IMG/VR virus record: IMGVR_UViG_3300042922_001182
Span: 1 to 64,000 of that record
DNA: 64,000 nt
Strand: one strand, 5' to 3'
Positions within the stretch are counted from its first letter, which is position 1; each line of letters starts with the position of its first letter. The position numbers were made by a program, and so were the translations under genes. Under the pieces are notes generated by a model. The model did not search any database and had not been told where the DNA came from. It saw only the letters and a program-made list of their open reading frames with translations. Shown piece by piece: positions 63,472 to 64,000 of this stretch.

Positions 63472-63542
63472 TCACTTGTCGGAAGGGGGCTCACGCCCTC
63501 TTCCGGCGTCAGCTAAAGACTTACCGGAACACGAGGTCCCCG

Positions 63543-64000
63543 ATGAACATCGAAAACGAGAGGCTCAGGGTCTACGGGCCCGACTTCCAGCGTGACAAGG
63601 GCGTCCGACGCCAGATGATGCTGGACATGCAGCAGAACGTCGAAGGCGCCAAGGCACTGAAGAGCTACGGCAACCTCACATTCAAGCGGTTGAACGACTA
63701 CTACCGCTGGCTCCAGGCGCAGCCCGACTTCGGGACGCCCAAGGAGCCGCCCGCTCCGCCCCTTCGGCTCTCCGCCATCCGGAGGGCAAGCCGGGCCCGT
63801 CGGGGGGCCGCCCTGACCGCCACTCTCCGCGAGGAGGTGGCCCAGCTCAAGGGGGAGATCAACACCCTGCTCGACGACGTGGAGATCCGCGACATGGAGA
63901 TCGAGGAGCTGAAGGACAACTTGGTCGCAATCCAGGCCGAGCTGGTCCAGCACCAGATGACCACCAACGGGAACACCCACCAGGTCAGCCACCGCCTGGC
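63543..64000 (+). CDS. Coiled-coil protein, partial (runs off the window); paralog of 62382..63020
   Basis: GAGGT SD; MNIENERLRVYG...YYRWLQAQP...REEVAQLK; absent from the ORF track because it has no stop in the window. Confidence 0.75.
   Translation, partial: MNIENERLRVYGPDFQRDKGVRRQMMLDMQQNVEGAKALKSYGNLTFKRLNDYYRWLQAQPDFGTPKEPPAPPLRLSAIRRASRARRGAALTATLREEVAQLKGEINTLLDDVEIRDMEIEELKDNLVAIQAELVQHQMTTNGNTHQVSHRL

Overview
This window is a GC-rich (roughly 65% by eye) 64-kb slice of a jumbo myovirus genome of the multisubunit-RNA-polymerase (phiKZ/AR9-like) type; it is not a cellular chromosome. The + strand carries transcription and replication genes: a split beta'-like RNAP subunit with a DYDGD motif, SbcD-like nuclease, DnaB-like helicase, RecD/Dda-like helicase, DEDDh exonuclease, class II RNR (NrdJ), full GyrB and GyrA, a vWA protein, two cell-wall hydrolases, HNH proteins and many small hypotheticals. 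The - strand carries late modules: a lysis-like cassette (5.5-7.3 kb), a 23-kb tail fibre/receptor-binding operon (7.4-30.5 kb) and a baseplate/gp5-like operon (34.5-36.8 kb). Two phage promoter classes can be read directly from the intergenic DNA: CACATATTAT-like (early) and AACA-N6-T(A/G) (late). The late motif matches the consensus of the uracil-DNA phage AR9, which is unexpected in a GC-rich genome. Other candidates worth testing are a single-chain spanin-like protein with a beta-barrel-type C-terminus, a ~200-nt structured RNA ahead of the nrdJ operon, a heptapeptide-repeat protein between gyrB and gyrA, a RelE-like gene, and a SD-ATG-AAC-TAG minigene. I found no tRNA, rRNA, CRISPR array, intron or intein. 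All function calls come from motif recognition by eye; no database search was run.
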